DNA of 64,000 bases from Priapulus caudatus (lineage: Eukaryota), in assembly GCF_000485595.1 (NCBI RefSeq), contig NW_014577075.1, positions 891,021 through 955,020 on the forward strand, given 5' to 3'. Positions 24,446 through 56,900 of the stretch are shown in pieces; the first letter of the stretch is position 1, and each line of letters begins with the position of its first letter. The position numbers were made by a program, and so were the translations under genes. The notes beneath the pieces were generated by a model, which searched no databases, was not told the origin of the DNA, and was given only the letters and a program-made list of their open reading frames with translations.

Positions 24446-26469
24446 GTCCTAAATTGACTAAGAGGCAAAATAACCCCAAATGATTATTTTAGTATAAGAT
24501 CAATCAGTGTAAGAGAAACTAGTGCCATTGAGCGACAGGGCTCGTGCAATAGATATTGTTCAATGCAGCTGTTGCTGCTAGTGGCGTGGCAGCTGCTGCT
24601 GCTGCTGCATCGTTTGTTGTAATGTGATGTCATTTGTGCTGTTTTGTGTGACGTACGTGACGTTTTGGGGGCTAACAAAAGACTACAGATACAATAATGT
24701 AACCACACAAGAGTAGGGACCCTACTCTTGTTGGTTTACATTATTGTATCTACTATTGTTGTGTCCTACTCTTGTTGGTTTACATTATTGTATCTACTAT
24801 TGTTGTGTCCTATTCTTGTTGGATTACGTTACTGCATCTAACAAAAGACGTGCGCAGTAAACAGTACCCGAGTACTAAGAAACTGAGCAACTTTTTCAAT
24901 GACCAAATCAGATATGGCACACGTCCGTAACTATGGGAATATATAATATATAAGTTGGTGTGTTACTGGGGACATGAACCCATTAAACCAATACCAGATG
25001 CTTAGCCCGACCAGGCTCGATGACTAGCTGTTTCACGTCTCTCACTTTCGCATCTTTATACTTCTTCTCCCAACGTAGTTAGAACCGAAAAGGCATAACT
25101 TGTGACTACCAGATGCTATGCTTCTGATGCTATTGATACTGTATGTACGCCATATTTTTCGCGTACAGATATTTTCCCGAATTCAGACCTGACGGACAAT
25201 TTTGCGAGTGGTTAATTTCGCGGTTGGTGAATTCCCGAATCAGTGAAGAACGGCGTGTTGTTATTTTCGCGTGGTGTTATTTTCGCGGTCGGGGACGCGT
25301 TCGCGAAATTCGCAAAAATTAAACCACCACAAAATATACAGCGTATACAGTATTCGATGCTATGGCGGTGATTTGATGTGCATCCCAGAGCAGGGTGCAA
25401 AATTAACGCGAGTCCGGAGTCAAATACTCCTTGATTTACTGTCGGACTCCCTGATTTGACATACGCAGGAGTGCGTGTTACTCCCTAAAAATTCTGCTAT
25501 ACTAACTATAGTTCATTCCAGAGCACGGCCTCGCGGAATTGCAGCATTTTTTCAGCAAATGTCAAAAGAAAATTGGGCAGACGTACAACCCCATGAATCT
25601 TCAAAATAAGCACATGCGTTATATTGTTAATATCTTTAGTTTTGAACTTCAGACTGCAGACGGCGCCGCATTTCCTGCTGAAATGCCAAATGAAAGGGTT
25701 GTCATGGGAGTAAAGGAGTAGGCCTACCATACATCATATACCATTACTACATGTACTGTAGTACTACGGTAGCACATACTCTTTTCCAAGAGATGAATCA
25801 GGATGTATTTAAATGCTGAAGGTTTGGTTTAAAGAAAATATTACAAATTACACACCACTAAACTACGATTTACACGATTCAGACAATTTTAAATTATTCA
25901 TCATAATATTGTCTCAGCGGGTCAGGGTGTTTGGAACAGAGCAAGGATGTGGCGACTATTATCGCCAAAATAAAATGTTCTAATGAATCTACAGGCTTTC
26001 GTAAACTGCCTTTCGCGTGACGAGGAAGGCGCGACTTCCTATTGTAACCGGTTTGGCCTTTGTATGGCCTTGCTATTGCCTTACCGATTGATTAAGTAAC
26101 AGGAAAATTCAGACAAAATCTACCGTTTAGGTTTGAGACCTCTTGAACCAATGGACCTCATATCATTCTATTCGATAGATGGCCGTGGATGCAGGTAGAT
26201 GTTGTCTTAGGTAGGTAGTTAGGTAGGTAGTGTTGGCAAGTGAGTGCTTGGGTGATAGGTCGGTATGTGCGTGAGTATTGTACTATGTAGGTAGGTGGGT
26301 AAGTAGGCAGACAGGCAGGCAGGCAGATAGACAGACAAACACACAGACAAACAGACAGACAGAGGACGGCTGCCGGACAGGACGCCCGCGCGTGCGCGTA
26401 ATGGTTTGAGTTAATTAAACAACGTAGCCTTGTTTCCCACAACACTGAGCCAACGAGTTTTACACTGGA

Positions 26470-28197
26470 CGATCTGCAGCCGGATATACGCGCGAACAGC
26501 GGCCATCCTGGTGGCGCCTTTTCATCCAAATCGCTGCTCTGTATTTAGAACAATTTCAACGGTTTATGTCAAATGGCGCCTGCATCGGTCAATTTGAGGA
26601 GTTGTGGCGCTTGCAGAAACCTTTCGACTATGCACGTACGAACGAGAATAATCCAATGGTCGTAATTGCTAATTTTTTTGGTTGGCGCGTTAGTCTTTTC
26701 TTCCTAGAAAGGCGATTTCGAATTTATTTAATTTCACGCCCTGAACTTATTCTCGTACATATCGCTACCCATAGATGGCGCGACGGAGGCCTCTCTTCGA
26801 GGGATTTTGCAAAGAATTTCCTTAGACTGCCCCGCGGTGGAGAGTTTGACAGCGCCTCCACTAACTATAACTTTAGTGTAGCGAAAGATACTTGGCCGAG
26901 TTAACGTCCTTACCAGTCTATCTATCTGGAATTGTCGCAGCATCTTATAGTACACCGCGAGCCGCAGTGATTGGATGTTGTTTACACTGAGCGTTATGTG
27001 GAAAATCACCAGCCGTATGTCTGTTATATACCCCCCAGTGCTGTCATGTTTCGGATCAATAACTTAGACTTTGGTACATTGCCACACCGTACGAATACTT
27101 CCTATTACTACAAGTACATTTTTACAATAATTACTAGTAATTAAGTGACTACTACTAGTAGTGAGATACTACAAGTTACCAGCACTGACTGTACTATAAC
27201 CACGCAGGCTGTGGACTAACGTCAATACACCAGATATGATCTAACTAGCAATACCGTTTCTTTGGGCTACTAGTATATAGTATAGTACCCCAGGACGGCA
27301 GGAAGCAGCAAGTAATAGTATTACTAATTACTGAGTACTAGTACTACTAGTACTAGCTACTACTAGTACTAGTACTACTAGTCCTTATACTACTACTACA
27401 CTAGCTCCACAAGAAACCTCTTTGCTAGGGTTAGAATACCCCTATACTAGACGTCACACAGGCCCTTGAAGGCTTTCAATAAAATATAATGCTAACTAAA
27501 TACGAATCTATTTACTAACGAAATTCTTAAGTTGTTTCTAGTATAGGCGCCCTACTCTTTTCAAGAAGGGTTTGCGAGGGTGCGAAAGGCTATATATACG
27601 ACTAGGACTCGCTCCCACCTCGATTAGGCCATATGCGTGATCTAAGCTAAGCCGAGAGGTGGGAGAGAGTGCCAGTCTATGGCTATAGGCGGCGAGGCAC
27701 GGCGGGCGCACTGCTTTCCAACTCCCCCGTACGAGCCTCGCCATTGGAACGTTGCAAAAACGTTGCAGCGTGGGGCGCGAAAGAGCGCCGGTACGGTGTT
27801 ATCCTGATGCTGAACAGCCGTTTCCATTACTGGGCAAGGTTCGCGACACGTCAGAATTTCGACAGTCTTTCTGTGATTTCGCACGGTGACACAGCTCGGT
27901 TACGAATTACAGTTTTTATAACAACGTGAACACTGTTCACGTCGCCCAAATGTCTACCCTCTGTGTCCGCCCACTAAAATTGCGGCACTTGTCGCTGGCA
28001 TACTAGGATCCGTGCGCCGCCCGCCAATTCATTCGGCGCACGGATCCATAGCTGCCAGCGGCTGCATACTGTCGTAGGACGTTCCCCGGGCGGTCCGCGT
28101 GCGCCTTGCCCGCGGCAACTGCGCAGAAAGATCTGCGCTTCAGCGCTTCGGATCAACATCTCCCTTCGCAACGCTTCTCTAGTATCCCCGTTCTCAT
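26470..28197. mobile_element. Unclassified 1.7-kb insertion, absent from copy 1
   Basis: Copy 1 reads aactggatgcaag at about 22933-22945. Here CTGGA flanks both sides (26465-26469 / 28198-28202). No recognisable protein. Confidence 0.6.
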
Positions 28198-29340
28198 CTG
28201 GATGCAAGATATCATATGCATATGCAAATGCAAGTCAAATCAAGATAACCTTTATCTCCGAATATGGCGTGATTACAAAAGTACCTACACACGATCATAT
28301 CATTACATTATAATACAACGTCTAAGCGCTAAGAGCACCATCCCTCAGGTGAGGAACAATATGTTACAACACTACGATGCCTAGTCTTACCTCTCGAACA
28401 TTGTGGTAGTAAATGTCTTCTATAGCACCCCATGCTGGTGATAAATTGTGGCAGCATTTTCCACAGCGCCACATCCCGTCACCTATCATTTTACTACCTT
28501 ACACTAAGCAGTGAGCAAATACAAAGTATGTACTATCTCCTATCATATCATATATAGATCAAAAGCAATGTGTTAATTAATTATGCGCAGCCCATTCACG
28601 TGGTAACATCTTCAGACTAACGATGGTTTTGAAAAAAGCGAACAGAGTGAAACTCTAGACTGAATTAATGGACTCTTGACATACTAACAGATTGCAAGCA
28701 TGGAAAAATAATGTCAATGTGTACATTAAAGCAGACGAAGGAAATAACATAACACATGTAATTATTGACATCAAAATACACACATCGCAATGTGATCTGC
28801 AAAATATTTGTCACACGGCAGAGTATATATCTTCATGTTGAGCATTTTACAAGTAGCGCAGAAGCTTGATAATGAAATGCTAAAAACAATAATTAAGTTA
28901 ATAAAATTTGCCATGAGACTATATTGTGCAATATGCAAAAGCGACAACAGAAATGTAACATAACACATTTTACCCAGGCAAGGCTGAATGCATCATTGCC
29001 AAGTTTTACCAATGTACAAATTGGTATGCCAATTTGGATTTGGTGATTGGCAGATGTACATGGGGATAAACGATATATGGCATAGGCTGTATAGACAATC
29101 AAAAACACTGGCTGTTTGGGTAAGCTGGCAGTAGTGTTTTGAAGCATATATCCAATTAGTTTTGCTGTTTGTACCATCCTTGAGTGAAATACTAAAGGTT
29201 GTGGTACTTGTCATTAAGTGTCGACCGTGGCGCGATCGAGTGCGCGCCGGAGACACGAAAACGCTACAGTAATAATCTATGTAGGTTACACCTTGACAGG
29301 TGATAACCCTAAAATAACGCTTTCCTATAATATCGTATTA

Positions 29341-29520
29341 CACGTATATTACTCGCGTAATAACCGCAATTTGGCCTCGGATTTCAACCCTGTACTTGCT
29401 CTGGCGGTTTATAAGTGCGCCATACCATGAGGGAATATACTAGGCGCAATACTTGGTTACCCGATTCAAATTGAGGTGCGGGCTTATAGCGCCCTGCGGT
29501 TATTACGCGATCATATACGG
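29341..29520. mobile_element. TA-flanked MITE present only in the second copy
   Basis: Arms TCGCGTAATAACCGCA / TGCGGTTATTACGCGA. Copy 1 (about 23975-23985) shows the empty site. Confidence 0.75.
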
Positions 29521-31372
29521 TATCCCCTTTTTCCTTTCTCGCCAAAGCTAACATGGCCAGGAACTAATGTTTACAACTCATTGATCAATAGTCTACTGAT
29601 ATTATACAATTATTACAATTATACAACAATTACTTTCAGCATTTTAGATGCTAATTTGGGTTATACATAAGCTAATGCTGCTTGAGTATCAACTGGTCTC
29701 TCTCCACAATGACATCATTACCATTAACACAAAGTTGGAGAAGAAAAAGAGTGCCAAATGGCAGTGTGCGGCATACCATATTTTGACATCTACCTTAACA
29801 GAGTAAAATAAAACAAAGTACCTTTAATTATGAAACTGGTTTACAATACATTCAATTATGTTCATTACATATACATGGTATTCAATTATAAAGAAAACAT
29901 AAGCCCTTGGGCCGCAAAGCGACAGCGCTCATCTAACGTCTACTGCGGTGACAGCCTGTGGTGGAGTGGTGGGATTCTAAGTAACCCCTGCTATCCCAAA
30001 AGCTGTTCACATACACGCCGAAACAGTGGAATGCACAGGGATGGTATCAGGAACCTTCTCAAAAGAATGTTTGTTGGATCGATTGAAAGTTGCCACGAGA
30101 TGGCGCGTACGTTTAAGTGTCTAGATTAAAGATGGAAGCTCCCATCATACGTAGTAGCAACAACTATTTGCAAGACAGAATAGGTAAGCACTCATCCATT
30201 ACCTACGCAAGCCTACAGGCTTGCAAATTGCAATAGAGAGCTGCCACCGTGTAAAAATTAAGGCAGGCAAAAACTGCAACCAACACATGCACTGGCAGCA
30301 GCCACTGGCAGTGGGCATACGTTACATGTAACATACTGACAGTACAGAAATGACATAGAAATTATATCGATTTAAGGAACATACACCTTCTTACCGCAAA
30401 TTTGCTTTTGAAATTTCCCTGTGACATGTGTTAGGCTCATACATCCAGCAGGGAACAATTTCCAGCCAAAAATTGGCAAAGCAAATGTGCTATACAAAAA
30501 AATTTTTGCATAGCAATTGATAAATTTGTATACATTTTTTTTCAGACAATCACAGTGCAAATTTACACGCGCAGTGCATGCTTGGCGTGTTATCGTGTCT
30601 GCCTGTGACAGGCAGCCGCTAGCTTTAAGCCTAGGACACACTAGCGATTCTGCCATGCTGCCGCGGCAGCGGTTTAAAAACAGCGTGCGACTTGGCACTC
30701 GTCCCGCTCGCCAATGTCGAGTGAAATAATATCGGGCCGGGCGAGTGAAAGCTAAAGCTGACTCGCCCATGTTTGGCGAGTAAAAATAATTGTCCAGAAC
30801 TTTATCAAATTTTGGTTCCTACGTTATATATATACCAAACATTGATGAAATACAGTTCTAGCGAGTGTAAGGGCGGCATCGGACTCCTCGACCACGACAT
30901 CCTCACTTTATATTATCAAAGGTCACCGAAGAAAGCAGCCGCGCGAGAGCGTGNNNNNNNNNNNNNNNNNNNNNNNNNAACTAATGTTTACAACTCATTG
31001 ATCAATAATCTATTGATATTATACAATTATTACAATTATACAACAATTACTTTCAGTAATTTAGTATGCTAATTTGGGTTATACATAAGCTAATGCTGCT
31101 TGAGTATCAACTGGTCTCTCTCCACAATGACATCATTCTCATTAACACAAAGTTGGAGAAGAAAAAGAGTCCAAATGGCAGTGTGCGGCATACCATATTT
31201 TTGACATCTATCCTTAACAGAGTAAAATAAAACAAAAGTACCTTTAATTATGAAACTGGTTTACAATACATTCAATTATGTTCAATTACATATACAATTG
31301 TATTCAATATGAAGAAAAAATACATGCAAAACTTTACTCGAAAGTTTGAGAGCAGGAATTTTTTTTATTAGG

Positions 31373-49919
<18,547 letters not shown>

Positions 49920-50215
49920 CAAAAACAACACTGAAAGTTGTGATGTATCATGGGAAATTTACTTTCTCGTTACTGGTCACTTGTTTTGCTCATTTTGTTG
50001 TTTTGGATATTTCTTATTTGTCATGATAATAAAATACTGATTTACCCATTAATAGCGTTTTTAATTTATAAATAATATATAATTGATATTAGAGGTTTTA
50101 AATTTATTCTTATGTGGCATCATATAAAATTGTATTACAGTTTCTACAACACCTAATTCGTTTTTAATAAGTTTTCAATTATTTGCGAAAGAGGGCAGGA
50201 CATTCACAAAACACA
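49920..50215. promoter_or_regulatory. Putative bidirectional promoter and 5'UTRs shared by GK and UBLCP1
   Basis: 296 bp between divergent ATGs at 49919 (-) and 50216 (+), AT-rich centre. Inferred from gene geometry only. Confidence 0.65.
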
Positions 50216-53200
50216 ATGGCGGCCCCTACAAATTTAGTAGTAAAGTGGGGAGGCCAACAGTATAATATTAAGAATCTGCAAGAAAACTGTACAATTGCCG
50301 ACTTAAAGCTTGCTATAGAGAAAGAAACTAATGTTTTATCAGAACGACAGAAACTTCTTGGCTTGAAGTACAAAGGTAAATTTCTAATAGCCTACCAAAA
50401 TTTCAAAACAAGTCAATTGCCTAACATTGTAACAAACAACGGAGTTGCTGGAGGTACGGCAGCCGTATCTACAATTTACGAGGCTGCAGGTACGGCAGTC
50501 TATTTGTGCATGCGTCGCTTTCCCACAAAATAATGCCGTTGGAAATGAATTTACGATTTAAGAGTTTTGATGAGCTAGAAAACACTCGACCCTCGTATTA
50601 TTACTATTATTACTAATACTATTACTATTAGTATTACTATTAGTATTGCTCAATCATAGGGTCTATGTCCCCCAGGGTACTGCCGGAACGTACCCTTGGT
50701 ACGGTCCGGTATACCGGAACGTACCCTGGAAACTATCTGATATGGTTAGGGTTAGGGGTAGGGTTAGGGAGTAGGCATAGGCGACTCCCTAGACTCGTTA
50801 GTGGAGTAGGCGAGGTACGGTCCGACATATTAGATAGTACCAGGGTACGTTTTGGTATACCGGACCGTACCCAGGGTACTTTCCGGCAGTACCCTGGGGG
50901 ACATAGACCCTCTCAGCATTAGTATTAGTACGGTATTAAGTATGAAAATGAACATTATTGGGCCAGCTAGCCCGTCAGTTCAAATGCAAAAGATTGAAAG
51001 CAAAGGGTTATGCACCATAGATTAATTGGATACTATGACACTCATATATAACTATAAGATAGCCGAGCCGGTTTGGATTTAGTGTTAGGTTTAGATTTAG
51101 GGTTAATACATAATCCAGAGAGACATGATACAAGATTGCGTGGCACAGCTTTGCTGTAGATCCTGAGCGCTGCGCGCGGATGGACCGCGGCCAGCATTCG
51201 CGGGATAATGACGCAACGGCGACCGGGGGATGTTCAAGTATGAAGCGCTGGAACCGCAGTGGAGACGTGCGCGCAAATTCGACGGCCGCGCACGTCTCCA
51301 CAGGCGGTCAGCGGAATGTCTGATCGATTTCGTAAGATGGACAAATGATTATATATTCGACGGATAACTTGTAGGAATTGAGGAATTATAAAACCGTAAA
51401 AAAATGGTCAGTGCATTACTCCACGATTAGCTGAAAGTCAAAAAGATATCGAATTAAATATGACCAAACAAATACAATGTTATAGACATCTCACAAACAA
51501 GAAAAGGATAGAGAATTATAATGGCAACCAAGTATTAAAAAAATGCACAACATATTCATACTAGGGGATTTAATTAATGATATAAGGAGGTTATAACGAT
51601 ATGTATAAGAGTCCGAACTTAAAAATGATAGGTTCATGATGAGGGACAATATTATCGTGGGCAGAAGAGCAAAATTAATGAAAATCAATAACTATAAGAA
51701 CAAGAGTAAAGATTAACGAATGCATGCAGTTTGACCTTCCTTCCTAAATAAACAGTGAAAGATGGACTAAACTTAAAGGGAGCAGTAGCCTCTAGATTTT
51801 ACCTGGCATAAAACTGACTTACTGATAAAAATCGTCGTATATCCCACACGTATTTTTGACGCGGGCATATCTAAATTTCATTGTTAACATAATTAGCACA
51901 AAACGCTACGAAAATTTGAACGGCAGCCACTGACACCACGCGACCGTGCTGTCACCGACTAAAAAGGTTGCGTATTTGAACATGAAATTTTTGCATGTTA
52001 TCAGACCGAGGCTAATTCACAAAAGTGCATATTATATTCATTATACCTAATGCTATTTAACCGAAGACGATAATTCATTTTAGAGGCAAATTTATCCATA
52101 TTAATTACCTGAAACTAATACTTTCGTTATTAAAGATATTAGCAATACGCTTGGTTTGCTTTAAATGAATAAATTAAGAAACACCTCGTTCTGTAGCCAC
52201 TTGACTGAAAAGTGTTTTGCGCCAGCACTAATCAGATCATACGCTTTGAGTGGTGCCACGTCGTTGTAATCTAAACTGTATCAGTTAGTGGTTAAAACAA
52301 TGTTTTTAAATATATTTCTACTAAGTGATTGAACCATGGAAACTTTTTATACTAGCGTATTTAACCTAATTAACTGAAAATACCGCTAGAACCATAGAGT
52401 AAAACTAATCCTATTAACTAAGAAGAAGTAAAAAATGTTGAGGATTTCCAAAATGAGTGCCTGCGCCAATAATAATAACACAGCAGGAAAACTACGCGAA
52501 AGGCATTAAAGAACGATGAAACTCCAAAGAGAAACGATAACGGAAGAAATGACAATAAAAGATAACACATTATATTTCTATACGTATAGCATTGTGGTAA
52601 TACATAATAAAAAGCGCAATTATTTTAATTGAAAATTCGCCAATATTTACTTAATAAACAACACCGGCAAGAGATGCGCTAGTGGCAAGTGTAAACATTA
52701 TCTCGGAATTTGGTGCCTCGAACATTAAATTGTGTGTGTTTATTCGAATGTTTAATGAATGACGCACTCGTTACACGTTCAGCGGAACAGCAAAGTAAAA
52801 ATGGCAAGAATATATTTTCCTGTTCGATTATCGAAATACATCGCGGACATTTCATTTTTACAAAAAAGAAAACAGGCGGGGAAAGAACGCGTCCACGTCG
52901 GTGACCGGCCAGATTCATGCCCATCAAGGAAGAAGGCGGGGCTTAATTCTTATTACGGAGATGCTACAAATGCAAACAAAAGTACGTAGCTTGTGCGCCT
53001 AATAACGACGTGTTATTTATTCGTTTTTTGTGCAAATCTCTATCGTAGGAAACCGTTCATAAGCCTAGCAGAATGCCTTAGTCTCGTGAGATCGAGCGAT
53101 TACCGTGGCCGTAAAGGTATTAATAAGCTAAAATTAGTATATAAGGGGAGCGAGCGTAGACTGTGATTGGAAGACAAAAGTGTCAATCCCGGCGAGACGC

Positions 53201-53803
53201 ACTCGGATGCAGATGGCGCGCTTATGTCCTAGACAGTGATATCGGAGTCAACTGGAGAGCGACGCATGCTCCATTATGGACTGCTGTACCGCAAAGCACC
53301 CGTAATTGGAGAATGTAGGGCTGCCGCACCTCCAGCCATGGCCAACAAACAAATCACATCCATCCTATCAAATCCTAATATTAGCACGCGTCGTGTATGT
53401 CTTCGATCTTTCAAATGGCTATACATAATACAGAAAAGTATGAGAAAAACAGGTAAAAAATATTTGCAGCATCCCTGGCCGGGTGAGCCCATGGTACAAA
53501 AGACACAATCCAGCAAAGTGCGTGCGTGTGTATCGTGATTCGTGTCGTGATCGAACACATTCCTTCTTGGCTTGGAGTCGGTATTTGCAAATTTTTTGCT
53601 AGAGGAATTTTGGTTATATATTGTTGTGTAAGGTTGTGCCTGAGTCATATTTTGCGAGGTAATTCTTATTTAATCCGCAGTGTTCGACGTGAGAAGTGAT
53701 CCTTGTATTGGACCAAGTAGAACAGTTGCAACTTTTGTTTTATACCACAATGTGACATGCTCTGCACATTAAACATTTTGCAGCTATAACTGTACGATGT
53801 GTG

Positions 53804-53837
<34 letters not shown>

Positions 53838-53926
53838 TGTGGTGGTGTGTGGTAAGTGTGATGTGATGTCGTGGTGATTGGCGATCTGAGTGGCATGTGC
53901 GCGTGAGCGTGTTGAAGCGGTGTGCA

Positions 53927-53959
<33 letters not shown>

Positions 53960-56900
53960 GTGCGTGTGTGCATGTGTGGCTGTGTGCGTTCATGCAATAA
54001 TGGATGCATAAACAATCATCTAACGTAATGTGTGGTCAGGCCCCAAAGGCAGTTATGAGAAGAGAATATATGTATTATTCATGTTTATATTGAAACTTTT
54101 TCCAATGTGCAGGAAAGCCACCAAGTGATGATATCCTATTGTCTGATCTGAAGTTGAAGCCGGGTAGTAAAATCATGATGATGGGAACAAGAGAAGAAGA
54201 AATAGTTAGTAACCTCAATGTTTAATGTCATAAATAAAAAATAAATAAATAAATATATATGTATATTCTATATTCATATATTCATATTCATTAGTCTATG
54301 ATTAGTCTATGGAAGTTAAGATTTCCTTAGACCAAACCAGATCCTACTTTGTACATTGTTTTTGCATTAATGAATACAATGATGTATTAGTTCCCCAGAA
54401 CCATAGTGGTTATTTGTGACTTAAACATATAATATAATTATATATATTATATATATATATATATGCATAAAATATAAAGTCACGAACAGGCATAACTATT
54501 GTATAATGATCTTTATTTTATGAAAACACTCATAAAGAATTACAAGTTCTATATAGTTTATATTAAGTAATAATGTTGCTATAATCTTTCACTGTGTTTT
54601 TTATGAATAGGCTGATGCTAATGAAGCTCCGAGTGACACTGTCGAAGTTGTAGATGACTTTGATATTGAAGATGAAGAGGTCTTAGTGGAGAATAGGTAA
54701 TATATTTACTTTGATATTGTGTGAAATTACACATAACATCCCAGTTTCTTTGTGTAGGAAGCCATGACTCAGTTATTTTTATCTGACCAAAGAGTTTCTT
54801 TTATTACTGTTTATTATTGTACATTCCTGATAAACAAGTTACGAGTCCAATAGTTATCTAATTCTTAAAGTAGTTACTATATTTATCATTGTGTCAATGA
54901 TTCATAAGTCAATGTATTGCTGCTTGCCTCATGCATATATAACTTGTGGACAGAGAAGAATTTCTGGCAAAGGTTGGGCGAAGAGTAAAAGATCTGAAAG
55001 TTGATATTCTCAACGAACCACGACCAGGAAAGAAACTACTGGTCCTGGATGTTGACTATACACTGTTTGGTAAGAATCAATGAATCTGTTTAGAAACCAC
55101 TTTGTTTAATAACAACTAAATTTAAAATTGGCTTGCGTCGTGAATGTTTAAGTTGATGTTGATAACTGTAGACAGAGTTGGATGTTTGAATAAGTTCACT
55201 GAATTTCATGGCATTGCTAAAAGTGTGTTATTTTATGATAAACCCATTTTGTTAACCAGTTAGAATCAGTGCTGACAGCTGCTGATCTAGGTGATTTGGT
55301 CAAGATGTAGTTGCTTGGTCTTGTCACTAGATAACAGGGACAACATTGTGTACAAACTGTCTGATGTCTACAACAATCTCATAAAACCCAAGACCTGTCT
55401 GCTTGATCTGAGTGCTGCTACGAACACCACTTGATTTATATCTGGCTCCTACTCTTCCCAGTAGGCAGTCACCTACTGCCATCTGGTGACAAGCCCAGGC
55501 AACTTTATTTAGTTTTAAAAAGACAACCAAGTTTAGTTGTCATAACTGTTCAATTGCTAACAGGTTGCATGGATTAACGTGAAATAAATTATTCTTTATA
55601 ATTGCAATTAAGTGCTTTCATAATTTACAGTAATTGGCATATTGAGTTTCCTAACTAATTTTATTACATTTTTTATAACACTGGTTATGTGCAGATCATA
55701 AGTCAACAGCAGAATCTGGTTATGAGCTGATGAGGCCATACCTGCACGAGTTCCTAACGTCAGCTTATGAGAACTATGACATTGTGATATGGTGTAAGTA
55801 TCAGCTTTCATCAATAATTGCATTCAAACATAGCGGCCATCTGCCGACTCTAGCGGTATTATACCTAACCCTGCTTCTAAATGAACCGCAGCAATGGCTC
55901 AATGGTAGAGTGCTCGCCTCGCATGTGGAAGGTCGGGGGTTCAACTTCTGGCCGGGTCATACCAAAGACTTGAAAAATGGTACACACGGCTTCTCTGCTT
56001 AGCATTCAGCAAATAGAGACAGAGTGTGGCAAGTTAACTCGCAGTGCTACCAGTGGACTAACCCCCTACTGTAGCATTTACTGTGAAAGCAGCTGCAGGG
56101 CCTCAGGGTTACTGAAACGGAGATAGGCACCGCCCTATGCGCCATATAGGCGCGGGAAGGATTTAACTTGACTAACTAACTGCTTCTAAATAAGACAAGA
56201 AAAGGTCTTATTACCACAAGGGGAAGCTAGTAGGGCAATGGTTTTAAACTGTGTAGTTGTGCTGCTATGTAGAAAGGATCTTTTGTTGCCATATGGCCGA
56301 TGATCTGAGTTGTCATGTCATGCTATCATGTGACCTATATTTGCTCTCATGCCATCATTATCCAAAGGCATACCAAAATGCCGTTTTCGAATAGTACTTT
56401 GTTTGAGCAAATATAGGTTTGATAGCCATCTTTAGAGTAGTATGAATAACGTCATTCTTAATATACTATTGATAACGTGGATCTTCAGGAAAATGCCAGT
56501 AAGGTATTATTCATTGTATTTTTTACAATATTTTGTTTAATAACAAAACTGTTTTACAATTATTGTGCAAAAGCATTTTTATCTCAGCTTCAGCATTATA
56601 ACTACAACTGTGTACTAAATAATACATTGTTTTAATTGTTTTCTAGTATTAACAATTTGAAAAAATTGATTCAGCGATAAGGAATTCTTATGGGTTTATG
56701 TACAATACAAATGTTTCGTTACATAGATACATAGATACAATATAAAACAGAGATGAATGAAACATCTCACTATTAAGCAAAAGTCTCTCTCCATATAGCT
56801 GCGACAAGTATGAAGTGGATCCAAGCAAAAATGCAAGAGCTGGGCATAACACGGAACACCAATTACAAGTTGACATTTATGTTGGATAGCTCGGCTATGA

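Larger units (their letters stand above)
24113..30953 (+). repeat. Second, noisier copy of 20272-24102 plus downstream sequence (probable alternative haplotype or gap-fill artefact)
   Basis: Begins aactaagattttt as at 20272, colinear with many 1-nt indels, bounded by N-gaps. Sequence after the right gap (30979) overlaps 24017-24102. Confidence 0.9.

Noticed and set aside
50742..50769. Telomere or chromosome fusion site
   Set aside because: Only about four units, embedded in a MITE.
51048..51699. Element bounded by ATAACTATAAGA direct repeats
   Set aside because: AT-rich 12-mer with no TIRs or tail; probably repeat-derived but not definable.
51772..53130. Kolobok-like TTAAAGGG start
   Set aside because: No matching inverted right end found.
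55884..55950. tRNA gene
   Set aside because: Acceptor and T stems are degenerate and it continues into a SINE body with TSD.
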